DNA of 64,000 nt, taken from positions 190,921 to 254,920 of the forward strand of contig CALMAY010000038.1 in assembly GCA_937861125.1 (NCBI GenBank), given 5' to 3'. The DNA comes from an uncultured bacterium (GTDB taxonomy: Bacteria; Patescibacteriota; Patescibacteriia; Magasanikbacterales; UBA922). Position numbers and translations under genes: made by a program. The notes under the pieces are model-generated. The model had not been told where the DNA came from. It saw only the letters and a program-made list of their open reading frames with translations, and did not search any database. Shown in pieces: positions 35,962 to 45,151 of the stretch (positions within the stretch are counted from its first letter, which is position 1; each line of letters starts with the position of its first letter).

Positions 35962-37821
35962 ATGCCTACACCACAGCTGCGTAAACAAGGCGAAGGAGAA
36001 ATAGAAAAACCAAATATCTGTCTCTTTGCCCAAACCAATTACCGCAATCAAATGCGTCGTTTTGGTATTAAACTCGATGATCGTCGTCGTCACATGTATG
36101 TAATCGGAAAGACAGGTATGGGAAAGACGACACTGATGGAAAACATGGTACTCTCTGATATCTACTCTGGATATGGTGTTGGTGTTGTTGATCCACACGG
36201 TGATTTTGCAGAAAAAATCCTCGATTATATCCCAAACAATCGTATCAACGACGTTGTTTATTTCAACCCATCAGACATGGAGTTTCCTGTTGGGTTTAAC
36301 ATCCTTGAGGTGATTAGCGAGGAACAAAAACATCTCGTTGTTGCAGGTCTGATGAGTATTTTCAAAAAAATCTGGCAGGATCTCTGGAGTGCTCGTATGG
36401 AGTATATTCTCAACAATACACTGCTTGCCCTCGTTGACAATCCAGGGTCTACACTACTTGGTATCAATCGTATGCTTGCGGATAAAAAATATCGTAAACG
36501 CATTGTTTCCAAAGTAAAAGATCCTGTTATCAAAGCGTTTTGGCAAAATGAATTTGCAAATTATCCAGAAAAATACATGGTAGAAGCAGTTGCCCCAATT
36601 CAAAATAAAATTGGTCAGTTTCTCTCTGCAAGTATTATTCGCAACATGGTCTCTCAGGTCAAATCAACCATCAATGTACGTCAGATCATGGATAGCCAAA
36701 AAATCTTTATCATGAATCTCTCCAAAGGACGTATTGGTGAGGACAACAGTCGTTTACTTGGTGGTATGCTTATCACAGAGATCCAGCTCGCTGCGATGGA
36801 ACGTGTTGATACACCAGAAGCAGAGCGTAAAGATTTTTTTCTCTATGTTGACGAGTTCCAAAACTTTGCGACACAGAGTTTCGCCAATATCCTTTCTGAA
36901 GCTCGTAAATATCGTTTGGCTTTGATTATGGCACACCAATACATTGCACAGCTTGAAGAAGAGGTGGCTGATGCTGTATTTGGTAACGTTGGGACAATGG
37001 TCAGTTTTCGTGTCGGTGGGGCAGACGCAGAAGCATTGGCCAAAGAGTTTGCACCAGTATTTACCGAAGAAGATTTGGTAAACCTCACTAAATTTACGAT
37101 GGTGCTCAAGCTGATGATTGATGGTGTTGCATCGCAGCCATTTACTGCATTTAGTATGCCACCAATTGCTATCAAAACAGGAAATGCAGAAAAAATTATC
37201 AAAGTCTCTCGTGAAAGGTATGGAAAAAGTAGGGCAGAGATAGAAGAAAAAATTGCCAAGTGGAGTGGTATGGATATGGGTAGTGATGAGGAAGAAGATG
37301 GAGGAAACGACGAAATAAACCCTGAACTCAAAGAGATCATACATTCACCAAACGGTGAGTACACAGAAGAAAAAAAACCTGCAGAATCGATAGAGCGCCA
37401 AAAAGAGTGGGGTGATGATGAAGATTTTTTTGTCTCTGATGCAAACAAAAAAAAACTACCAGAAACACAAAAATCTGCAACACAACCATCACCACTTGAT
37501 GCACTGATAAACACAGGCGCGCAAGATGGAGGAGATATACTCAAAGAGCTTGTTCAAAAAAGTATTGCTCAAGAAAAATCAAAACAAGATACACCATCAC
37601 AATCTCAATCCCGCCCCAGTAGGACCGCACCCGAAGAGAAACGACAAGAACAGCAAAAAAAACAAGATCGGAACACAAAAGATCAGCAGCGATCAAAACA
37701 ACAAAACAATCAACAGCAAACAAAAGGACAGATAACTGAAAAGCAAGACCGTCTAGAACTCTCCCAACAAATAACCACAAAAAAACTTCCTCCAAATACT
37801 CCTATTACTTTTGATACCTAA
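35962..37821 (+). CDS. TraD/VirD4/TraG-type (type IV coupling protein-like) P-loop ATPase, stand-alone, with a low-complexity K/Q/E-rich tail
   Basis: RRRHMYVIGKTGMGKT (Walker A), VVDPHGDF, FFLYVDEFQNF and IMAHQYIAQL. Collinear with residues from about 440 to the end of the 859-aa fusion. I use ATG 35962. Confidence 0.85.
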   Translation: MPTPQLRKQGEGEIEKPNICLFAQTNYRNQMRRFGIKLDDRRRHMYVIGKTGMGKTTLMENMVLSDIYSGYGVGVVDPHGDFAEKILDYIPNNRINDVVYFNPSDMEFPVGFNILEVISEEQKHLVVAGLMSIFKKIWQDLWSARMEYILNNTLLALVDNPGSTLLGINRMLADKKYRKRIVSKVKDPVIKAFWQNEFANYPEKYMVEAVAPIQNKIGQFLSASIIRNMVSQVKSTINVRQIMDSQKIFIMNLSKGRIGEDNSRLLGGMLITEIQLAAMERVDTPEAERKDFFLYVDEFQNFATQSFANILSEARKYRLALIMAHQYIAQLEEEVADAVFGNVGTMVSFRVGGADAEALAKEFAPVFTEEDLVNLTKFTMVLKLMIDGVASQPFTAFSMPPIAIKTGNAEKIIKVSRERYGKSRAEIEEKIAKWSGMDMGSDEEEDGGNDEINPELKEIIHSPNGEYTEEKKPAESIERQKEWGDDEDFFVSDANKKKLPETQKSATQPSPLDALINTGAQDGGDILKELVQKSIAQEKSKQDTPSQSQSRPSRTAPEEKRQEQQKKQDRNTKDQQRSKQQNNQQQTKGQITEKQDRLELSQQITTKKLPPNTPITFDT

Positions 37822-37828
37822 AAAGTAT

Positions 37829-40141
37829 ATGTTTCACACTACTGAAGAACAAATACCAACAATCGGATTACGTATTGTGCGCAGCATTACACAGTCTATT
37901 GTGTTTGGTGCATTGTTTTTGATACCGTTATTCTTTTTACCATTCACTCGAGATATACTAAATACCCCGAAGATCATGATACTTGTTGTTACCACGCTTT
38001 TAGGACTTTTTTTCTGGTGCTGGCAGATGATCCTACAAAAGTCAATTACACTTCGTATCATTTCTTCACAATCCTTTTTTCTTTTTTTCTTGGCCAGCAT
38101 CTTGCTTTCAGCTTTGTTTTCTACTATTCCTTCCGTCAGTTTTTTAGGTAAGACATCTACCTTTGTCCATTCAATAACTTTTTTTTATGCTGCAGTTGGT
38201 CTTGGTTGGCTCATGCTTCAAACCATTACAACAAAAAAATTATGGATATGGTCAACCAATATAATGTTACTAAGTAGTACTATTAGCTCACTCCTATTTC
38301 TTTTGAACTCTATTCCTGCTATTGCAAATGTACTTCCAGATACACTCACACATCTCATGAGCCAACAGATCGGTGTTTTTGCAATTCTTTTGGCGACAAT
38401 GAGTACTCTTGCGCTTGGCCGTATCATGCATTGTGGAACAGGAAAAATAAGTTTGATTCTTGCGTGGGTTAGTATGTGTATTACGACAAGTACCGTGTTT
38501 CATATTGGATTTACATCTGGATTACTTACATTGATTGTCGGTATGATTGCCACTGTAGTGGTAGGTATGCGTCTTGTTGATGTCCATCGTTCTTTCATTC
38601 TTTCCACTGCATTTGGGCTTTTTTTGGCATCACTCGGAATACTCTTTTTTGGGACACCTTCATTTATTCGTGCAGAAACACCAACAGAAATTTCTTTGGG
38701 CGCACGTCCGAGTATATACATCGCACAAGAAACCATAACTGATTCGATGAAACAATTTATACTTGGTTCGGGAATTGGCACATTCTCATATGCTTTCTCA
38801 TTGTATAAACCAATCTCATATAATGTTGGAAATCCGATTTGGAACATTCGCATGGAACGCGCATGGAATACACCACTTGAACTCCTGACTGAAGTTGGTT
38901 TGTTAGGTTCGATAGCATTCTTACTTCTCCTCTGTGTACTACTTGGTACAAGTATCTCTTATATACTCCAAAAAACGACACACGCAGACAGTTCAGAGCG
39001 CGACACATACGAACGTCAATTAGCAGCGTCTTTTGTGTTTCCATTTTTTAGTGCACTTACTGCATTGACTGTTGGAATGTTTATTACATCGTTTGATGCG
39101 GTTGCTTGGTGGTTATGGTTTGTCTTGATTGCTCTGGTGTATATCGGCATGTCGTTGCAAACAAATGCACACACAAAAATAGTCCATCGTAATGTGAGTG
39201 TTTCACCTGAGTATAGTATTGCCTCATCTTTTGCATTATTACTGTTATTAAGTACGCTGATGATTGTGTGTGTATTTGGAATCAGGATGTATCGTGCAGA
39301 AATCGTTTATACACAAGCAGTACAAGCAAAAACACTTGCAGATATAGAAACATTTAATGAGCGTGCCATTGCACTTCGTCCAACATACCCACCATACCTG
39401 ACATCTCTCGCAGGTGTGTATATGTCCAAAGCAATAGAGATGTCAAACACATCTTCTACTGCACCTCAATCACTGACGTATATTGGTAATGCACTCAATG
39501 TTGCCAAACGAGCAACCGAATTGTGGAAAAATGATGTTTCTACGTGGGAAACAATTGGTATTATGTACCAAACAACCATTCCGATAACAGAAGAAGCAGC
39601 TACTTGGGCAATAGACGCGTACCAAAAGGCAATCGCACTCGAACCAAATAATCCATCACTTCATTGGAGACTTGGTATTGTGTACGCACAACAAAAGAAC
39701 AGAGAAGAATCAAAAAAATCTCTCAAAAAAGCAATTGAGGTAAAGCCTGATTTTGTACAGGCATACATAGATCTCTCCGCTGTACTCGAACAAGAAGAAA
39801 AGATAGATGATGCAATTGCGCTATTTCAACCCTTATTTCCAGTAATTCAAAACAGTCCTGATGTATTGTTTATATTAGGTCGTTTGTTCTACAATCGTGA
39901 CAAAGAAGGGGATATCGATCGTGCTATACAGCTTTGGCAACGTGCCACAACAATTGCACCAGAGTATTCCAATGCACTCTATGCACTCGGATTGGCTTAT
40001 GAAAAAAAGGGGGAGACAGCCGAAGCGGTAGCACTCTTTAGAAAAGTCCGCGAACTCAACCCAGATAACCCAGATATTGCTAGTAAAATTAATTCACTTA
40101 TCGCACCACCTACACCACTAGGTCCCGTGCCAGTTCAATAA
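37829..40141 (+). CDS. polytopic membrane protein (O-antigen ligase/Wzy-like core) with C-terminal TPR repeats
   Basis: At least 10 hydrophobic spans. The C-terminal repeats are TPR-like (AYQKAIALEPNNPSLHWRLGIVYAQQKNREESKKSLKKAIEVKPDF..., ALYALGLAYEKKGETAEAVALFRKVRELNPDNP). Confidence 0.6.
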   Translation: MFHTTEEQIPTIGLRIVRSITQSIVFGALFLIPLFFLPFTRDILNTPKIMILVVTTLLGLFFWCWQMILQKSITLRIISSQSFFLFFLASILLSALFSTIPSVSFLGKTSTFVHSITFFYAAVGLGWLMLQTITTKKLWIWSTNIMLLSSTISSLLFLLNSIPAIANVLPDTLTHLMSQQIGVFAILLATMSTLALGRIMHCGTGKISLILAWVSMCITTSTVFHIGFTSGLLTLIVGMIATVVVGMRLVDVHRSFILSTAFGLFLASLGILFFGTPSFIRAETPTEISLGARPSIYIAQETITDSMKQFILGSGIGTFSYAFSLYKPISYNVGNPIWNIRMERAWNTPLELLTEVGLLGSIAFLLLLCVLLGTSISYILQKTTHADSSERDTYERQLAASFVFPFFSALTALTVGMFITSFDAVAWWLWFVLIALVYIGMSLQTNAHTKIVHRNVSVSPEYSIASSFALLLLLSTLMIVCVFGIRMYRAEIVYTQAVQAKTLADIETFNERAIALRPTYPPYLTSLAGVYMSKAIEMSNTSSTAPQSLTYIGNALNVAKRATELWKNDVSTWETIGIMYQTTIPITEEAATWAIDAYQKAIALEPNNPSLHWRLGIVYAQQKNREESKKSLKKAIEVKPDFVQAYIDLSAVLEQEEKIDDAIALFQPLFPVIQNSPDVLFILGRLFYNRDKEGDIDRAIQLWQRATTIAPEYSNALYALGLAYEKKGETAEAVALFRKVRELNPDNPDIASKINSLIAPPTPLGPVPVQ

Positions 40142-40485
40142 TGTTGAGTATGTTTTTTTCTACAGATTATCGTAAACCATTTTGGATTGGTTTTTTGCAT
40201 GCATGTATTGTGCTGCTATATACCATATTTACTGTACTGATATATCTTTCTATTACACCATTATTTTTGGGTATAATTTCACCGATAATTGAAATGGTGT
40301 TTGGATTATTTTTGACCGTTGTTTCTCTTGCTATTGGAGCTTACTTTATCTTTTTTGCGCCACTCAAACTCATGCTTCATCACGGATTCAAACAAGGGAC
40401 AGTCATGCTTGCTTCTACCCTAGGATGGCTTTTCCTTTTTCTACTTTTATTTATCGTTGGATTGATGATCACATTTCCGTACTAA
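40141..40485 (+). CDS. hypothetical 4-TM membrane protein
   Basis: 114 aa, very hydrophobic. Its ATG overlaps the upstream stop (TAATG). Confidence 0.5.
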   Translation: MLSMFFSTDYRKPFWIGFLHACIVLLYTIFTVLIYLSITPLFLGIISPIIEMVFGLFLTVVSLAIGAYFIFFAPLKLMLHHGFKQGTVMLASTLGWLFLFLLLFIVGLMITFPY

Positions 40486-40490
40486 ACAAC

Positions 40491-40519
40491 TTGACGGAAA
40501 GTATATTTTGTGCTATACT
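40491..40519 (+). promoter_or_regulatory. strong sigma70-like promoter
   Basis: TTGACG (40491-40496), a 17-nt spacer and TATACT (40514-40519). This would give a 5' UTR of about 90 nt before ATG 40612. Confidence 0.6.
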
Positions 40520-40611
40520 AGAGCTAATTTGGGCAACACAACGTACGTCGTCATAGGTTCCCAGAGTAGCAAGGTCGAATAATTTATTCAAAACTTAGGG
40601 AACAAACGTCT

Positions 40612-40908
40612 ATGGCATTTGGAACTGATCGTCAGATGTTTAATGTGGACTGCACTTGCGCAAAATGCAATGCACACATTTCACAGCTGCCATTCCAACC
40701 AACACCTGGTCGTGACGTCTTTTGTGCAGACTGCAACCGTGCATTCCGCCAAAGTCGTGATGAACGCGCTCCACGCGCTCCACGCCAGATGTTCCAGGTC
40801 AACCTCACTTGTGGTGACTGTGGCACTCAGATTACTGAGCTTCCATTCGAACCACGTGGTGACAAGCCTGTATATTGCAAGAACTGCCTCGCAGCTCACC
40901 GCAATTAA
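40612..40908 (+). CDS. tandem CxxC-x17-CxxC zinc-ribbon protein
   Basis: Two repeats: QMFNVDCTCAKCNAHISQLPFQPTPGRDVFCADC and QMFQVNLTCGDCGTQITELPFEPRGDKPVYCKNC. The gene is GC-richer than its surroundings and has a strong promoter and terminator. Confidence 0.7.
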   Translation: MAFGTDRQMFNVDCTCAKCNAHISQLPFQPTPGRDVFCADCNRAFRQSRDERAPRAPRQMFQVNLTCGDCGTQITELPFEPRGDKPVYCKNCLAAHRN

Positions 40909-40921
40909 TACTAACATCTCA

Positions 40922-40953
40922 AAAGCAATCCGTGAAAACGGGTTGCTTTTTTT
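40922..40953 (+). terminator. intrinsic terminator
   Basis: GCAATCCGT gaaa ACGGGTTGC followed by TTTTTTT. Confidence 0.85.
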
Positions 40954-40982
40954 GTATTTTGATGCTAGGATAAGGGAAATAT

Positions 40983-42182
40983 ATGCCAAGTTCAAAGCCA
41001 AAAGTTCATAGTTCAAAAGACCAAAAAAAACGTGTCCTTGTTTGTCTGAGTGGCGGGGTGGATTCTTCTGTCACCGCTCTTTTGTTGTTGAAACAAGGGT
41101 ATGATGTCACTGGGGCGTTCATGGTCAATTATGATGATTCAAAGAACATAGAACAAGGAACAAAGAACAAAAAACTTGTTGAATGTTGGAGAAAGGACTA
41201 TCGCGATGCTGTACGTGTCGCAGCACACTTGGGTATTCCACTCGTTCGTTGGGATTTTACCAAAGAATACGCTCGTGATGTGCTGAGATATATGGATGCA
41301 GAGTACAGAGCGGGCAGAACTCCAAATCCGGATGTGCTGTGCAATGAATTCGTGAAATTTGGTGCGTGGTTGGAGCGTGCGAAGCATGAAGGGTTTGAGT
41401 ATATTGCAACAGGACACTACGCCACCCTACGGGTGGAAAAACCAAACACCAAATTCCAAACACCAAACCAATTACCAATTACTAATTACCAATTACTCAC
41501 TCCAAAGGACAGCGACAAAGACCAAACCTATTTCCTCCACCGTCTCTCCCAAGATCAACTTAAACACACATTATTTCCACTCGGCCCGTACACAAAAATA
41601 CAAGTTCGTGCACTGGCCAAAAAACACAAACTTCCGACTGCCCAAAAAGAAGAAAGCATGGGAATCTGTTTTATCGGAGAAGTGCCGATGAAGGATTTTT
41701 TGCAATCTCGTATTTCTCAGAAAAAAGGAAAGGTTGTTCTTGAAGATGGGACGATTGTTGGAGAACATGATGGGCTTGCGTACTACACCATCGGACAGCG
41801 ACACCTAAGTCTAAACTCAAAAACACCAAACACCAAGAAACAAAAAATTAATACTCACCAATTACCAATTACAAAACCCTTATACGTCCTCAGTAAAAAC
41901 CAGCAAAAAAACACTCTCACACTAGGTCCAGAAGAATCTCTCTACAAAAAAGAAATTACACTCGAAAATATCCATTGGATCGCTGGACGCCCACCTAAAT
42001 TACCGCTACAATGTGAGGTAAGACTACGACACAGGCAGGCTTTACAGAAAACAGTGATCGAAGAGCAAGAATCAGGAACCATTATAGCAACATTCAAAAA
42101 GCCACAACGTGCACCAACACCAGGACAGTTTATGGTATTTTATCAGAAAGGTGTTTGTCTGGGTGGGGGACTAATTGTATAA
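40983..42182 (+). CDS. mnmA: tRNA 2-thiouridine(34) synthase MnmA, with two repeat-derived insertions
   Basis: The PP-loop VCLSGGVDSSV, CNEFVKFG, IATGHYA, KDQTYFLH and GICFIGE. The insertions encode EKPNTKFQTPNQLPITNYQLL and SKTPNTKKQKINTHQLPIT. Confidence 0.93.
   Translation: MPSSKPKVHSSKDQKKRVLVCLSGGVDSSVTALLLLKQGYDVTGAFMVNYDDSKNIEQGTKNKKLVECWRKDYRDAVRVAAHLGIPLVRWDFTKEYARDVLRYMDAEYRAGRTPNPDVLCNEFVKFGAWLERAKHEGFEYIATGHYATLRVEKPNTKFQTPNQLPITNYQLLTPKDSDKDQTYFLHRLSQDQLKHTLFPLGPYTKIQVRALAKKHKLPTAQKEESMGICFIGEVPMKDFLQSRISQKKGKVVLEDGTIVGEHDGLAYYTIGQRHLSLNSKTPNTKKQKINTHQLPITKPLYVLSKNQQKNTLTLGPEESLYKKEITLENIHWIAGRPPKLPLQCEVRLRHRQALQKTVIEEQESGTIIATFKKPQRAPTPGQFMVFYQKGVCLGGGLIV
41467..41501 (+). repeat. 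7-bp tandem repeat (ACCAATT, ACCAATT, ACTAATT, ACCAATT, plus one degenerate unit) inside mnmA
   Basis: Direct read. It is preceded by CACCAAA-type repeats from 41436. Confidence 0.9.
41826..41880 (+). repeat. second copy of the CACCAAA/ACCAATT repeat block inside mnmA
   Basis: aaacaccaaacaccaag...caccaattaccaatt contains ACCAATT x2 at 41867-41880. Confidence 0.85.
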
Positions 42183-42200
42183 AGAAATATATTATCCCGT

Positions 42201-43487
42201 ATGGAAGGTATGCATAAACTACGAGAGGCACTACATCAATATGACCCATCAACAAAGAGAACTGATGGCCCTTTTGATCGTTGGCAACGGGCTGATTTTG
42301 TCGAAGACCTCATAGCCCAAACACGAAACACAGCACCAGAATACGTTGCACAGACACTGGAGATGGTAGAGCAACTCGAACATGCTGTTGTAAAAACCGC
42401 GCCAGTAAAAAGACTCCATGATATTTTGATGCTCGACAGAGCACCGGTAAACACAGAAAAAAAACCGACTGTCCATAACAGATTTCAACACTCTGAACTT
42501 TTGAGTCACTTATCAATGACAATCGGCTTACGATTACAACTACCGCAGCAAGATGTACTCGCAATGATGCTGGCAGGATGGTTACATGATAGTGGACACA
42601 CCGCATTTGCACATGCAGGAGAAGACGCACTAAACGACATATTTAAAAAAAACCCTCGTTTTGATCACGAACAAATTTCCCATACACATGTAGACAGTAC
42701 AGATATACAGGAAATTTGCACAAAATTAAACATTAATTCTCAGTCAGTGCATGATATTATAGACGAAGAGGGTGTACTAGGGACACTCCAGTCAGCTTGC
42801 GATACCTTATCATATCTCCTACTGGATCTTTCCGAAACAGGAAGAGAGAATCTATTCACTTTAGAGGACGCAAAACATATCCTGGAGACCATTCAGGAGG
42901 TAGGAATATTTGATGGAGAACAAATGCTAGTTGTCTCCAGTATAGAACCATGGCAAAAGCTGTTAGACATCCGTGCAATGATGTATAGAGAAGTATATCA
43001 CTCTTTTGCTGCACGTATTGCGGATAAAGCACTCAGTTTATTACTCTCACACGCAGCAGACAAACATCTAATCGAAGAATCAACCATAATCCAAGGGCAT
43101 GATCGAGAACTTGTTGTAACTCTACATTCATTCGTCTATGGACCTAGTTCACTACCAGGTGGATTGTCATTACCAGAAGATGGACCGCTTTTTAGTCTTG
43201 CAATGGGTCAATATCCAAATATAGACTGGACACAAACGGTATATAATACACAAGAAGAAGCACGGGCGCACACCTCTAACACAGCATTTATTGAACCAAC
43301 ACACATAGTACCAAGAAAGAAAAGGTTGAAACTTTTAATTACAGGCACAGATATACCAGTAACTCTCACTGCAAAAGAACATCAAGAAACAGAACCAATG
43401 CGTTGGGTTGTACTTGAGCCAGTACAGAAAGAGAACTCAGATACTACTAATAAAGAGAACTCAGATACTACTAATTTGGATACATAA
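42201..43487 (+). CDS. HD-domain phosphohydrolase (dNTP triphosphohydrolase-like)
   Basis: RFQHSELLSH...AGWLHDSGHTAFAHAGEDAL resembles the R..HS...HD.GH.PFSH pattern of dGTPase/SAMHD1-type HD proteins. The C-terminal tail has a tandem KENSDTTN repeat. Confidence 0.7.
   Translation: MEGMHKLREALHQYDPSTKRTDGPFDRWQRADFVEDLIAQTRNTAPEYVAQTLEMVEQLEHAVVKTAPVKRLHDILMLDRAPVNTEKKPTVHNRFQHSELLSHLSMTIGLRLQLPQQDVLAMMLAGWLHDSGHTAFAHAGEDALNDIFKKNPRFDHEQISHTHVDSTDIQEICTKLNINSQSVHDIIDEEGVLGTLQSACDTLSYLLLDLSETGRENLFTLEDAKHILETIQEVGIFDGEQMLVVSSIEPWQKLLDIRAMMYREVYHSFAARIADKALSLLLSHAADKHLIEESTIIQGHDRELVVTLHSFVYGPSSLPGGLSLPEDGPLFSLAMGQYPNIDWTQTVYNTQEEARAHTSNTAFIEPTHIVPRKKRLKLLITGTDIPVTLTAKEHQETEPMRWVVLEPVQKENSDTTNKENSDTTNLDT
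43428..43475 (+). repeat. perfect 24-bp tandem duplication at the 3' end of the HD gene
   Basis: aaagagaactcagatactactaat occurs twice. The duplication is in frame (KENSDTTN x2). Confidence 0.95.
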
Positions 43488-43497
43488 TTTCAATTTT

Positions 43498-45147
43498 ATG
43501 AACTTCCTCCAAAAAACAACCGAAATCGGTTCTAAACAACGACTCTGGTTTTTAGGTTTTGCCGTATTGCTTGCGGTTGCATACGACATATTATTTTGGG
43601 ACAAAAGTTTAGGAATCAACTTTGCGATTTTTGTGGTGTTATATCTCGCAGGGTTTTTGACACTGTGCTATAAATATTCTTTGTTTGCACAAAAGAAAGC
43701 ACTGTTTTTGCTCACGCCGATTCTCATCATGACAGTGGACACACAGCTCTACAGCAATACATTAGTACATTACTGGGTTCCACTCTTTATCTTGGTGCAA
43801 CTTTTCATCCTCACTGGTTGGCTCCCAGCCAAAAATCCATCAGGTGTAGTATTCGCTGTCCGAAGAATTCCACTCATTCGTCATTTCGATCTTGCGATTG
43901 CACAATGGGGGAATATCATTCGTGATCTCTCAGCGGACAATGGTACAGGCAGTCGCGCAGTCGCTCGTCGTGTTTTTATTGGTGTCGCTCTTGCCCTACC
44001 GATTCTCTTTTTCTTTGGTGCACTCTTTTATTCCGCGGACCAAGTGTTTGCCGACTGGATCGATAAAATCGATGTAGAGATGGTAGATCTCTGGCGTGTC
44101 ATCCGCACAATTGGATTATCATTGTTAATTGGTGGTATTTTTTATGAAGTAGCAAAAACAGGCTATGGATTTACACAATCACAAAACAAACCAGAAGCAA
44201 AAGAATCTGATCCAATTATTGTAAGTGTTATTTTAGTACTCATCAATATCTTGTTTGGTGTGTTTGTCTTTATCCAATTTCGATATCTTTTTGGAAGTTC
44301 TGCATTTATAACACAAAATGAATTGACATACGCAGAATATGCACGCAAAGGATTCTTTGAACTCCTCGTTGTATCTGGATTTGCCACTATCATCGCTCAA
44401 GCAATCTATCGTGGATACAAACACCTCAAAGCAATGCCTGTGCTCTACATAACAGCATTACTTCTCTTGATTCAGACAGGTATCATTGCTGCGTCAGCTT
44501 TTACACGTTTAAATCTGTATCAAGATGCATACGGATTTACTGTTCTCCGTCTCTATACAGAGTGGTTTATCCTGTTCCTTTTTGGTATTTTTGCGGTGAT
44601 TGGATACGGAATTATTTCAAACATGGAATTCCGAAAGAACTTTCTAGTTTTGTGGGTGTATGGACTTGTTTCACTGACTGTTGTCGTTTCGATAAATGTA
44701 GATGGGCTTATTGCACAAAAAAATATAGATCGTTTTATAGCAGCTCCAGCACAATCACAAGTGGCACAAGATGCACTGGATACATGGTACTTACACATAC
44801 TAGGACCAGATGTAATACCCGTCGTCACACCATTTGTTTTGTCTGAACATTTTACAAGACTGCCTGTTGAACAACAAGTAAACGTGATTCATTCGATTCG
44901 TTTTGATCAGGATTATGATGGAGCGATCGATGCAGATCGAATTGTGCTTAGTCCAGATTGGCAAGAATATCATTTTGGTAGAACGAGCATAGTAAAACAA
45001 ACTGGATTTGATACATTATCAGAAGAAAAACGTCAAGAACTCCTACGAATTGTAAACACGTATGACACACAATATATTCACACACAGGAATACATAATAG
45101 AAGATGAACCTACACTTATTGATTCAACAAGCACAACAACTCCATAA
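43498..45147 (+). CDS. polytopic membrane protein (DUF4173-like)
   Basis: About 12 hydrophobic spans, LNLYQDAYGFTVLRLYTEW, and a soluble C-terminal tail. I use ATG 43498. Confidence 0.55.
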   Translation: MNFLQKTTEIGSKQRLWFLGFAVLLAVAYDILFWDKSLGINFAIFVVLYLAGFLTLCYKYSLFAQKKALFLLTPILIMTVDTQLYSNTLVHYWVPLFILVQLFILTGWLPAKNPSGVVFAVRRIPLIRHFDLAIAQWGNIIRDLSADNGTGSRAVARRVFIGVALALPILFFFGALFYSADQVFADWIDKIDVEMVDLWRVIRTIGLSLLIGGIFYEVAKTGYGFTQSQNKPEAKESDPIIVSVILVLINILFGVFVFIQFRYLFGSSAFITQNELTYAEYARKGFFELLVVSGFATIIAQAIYRGYKHLKAMPVLYITALLLLIQTGIIAASAFTRLNLYQDAYGFTVLRLYTEWFILFLFGIFAVIGYGIISNMEFRKNFLVLWVYGLVSLTVVVSINVDGLIAQKNIDRFIAAPAQSQVAQDALDTWYLHILGPDVIPVVTPFVLSEHFTRLPVEQQVNVIHSIRFDQDYDGAIDADRIVLSPDWQEYHFGRTSIVKQTGFDTLSEEKRQELLRIVNTYDTQYIHTQEYIIEDEPTLIDSTSTTTP

Positions 45148-45151
45148 ATAT

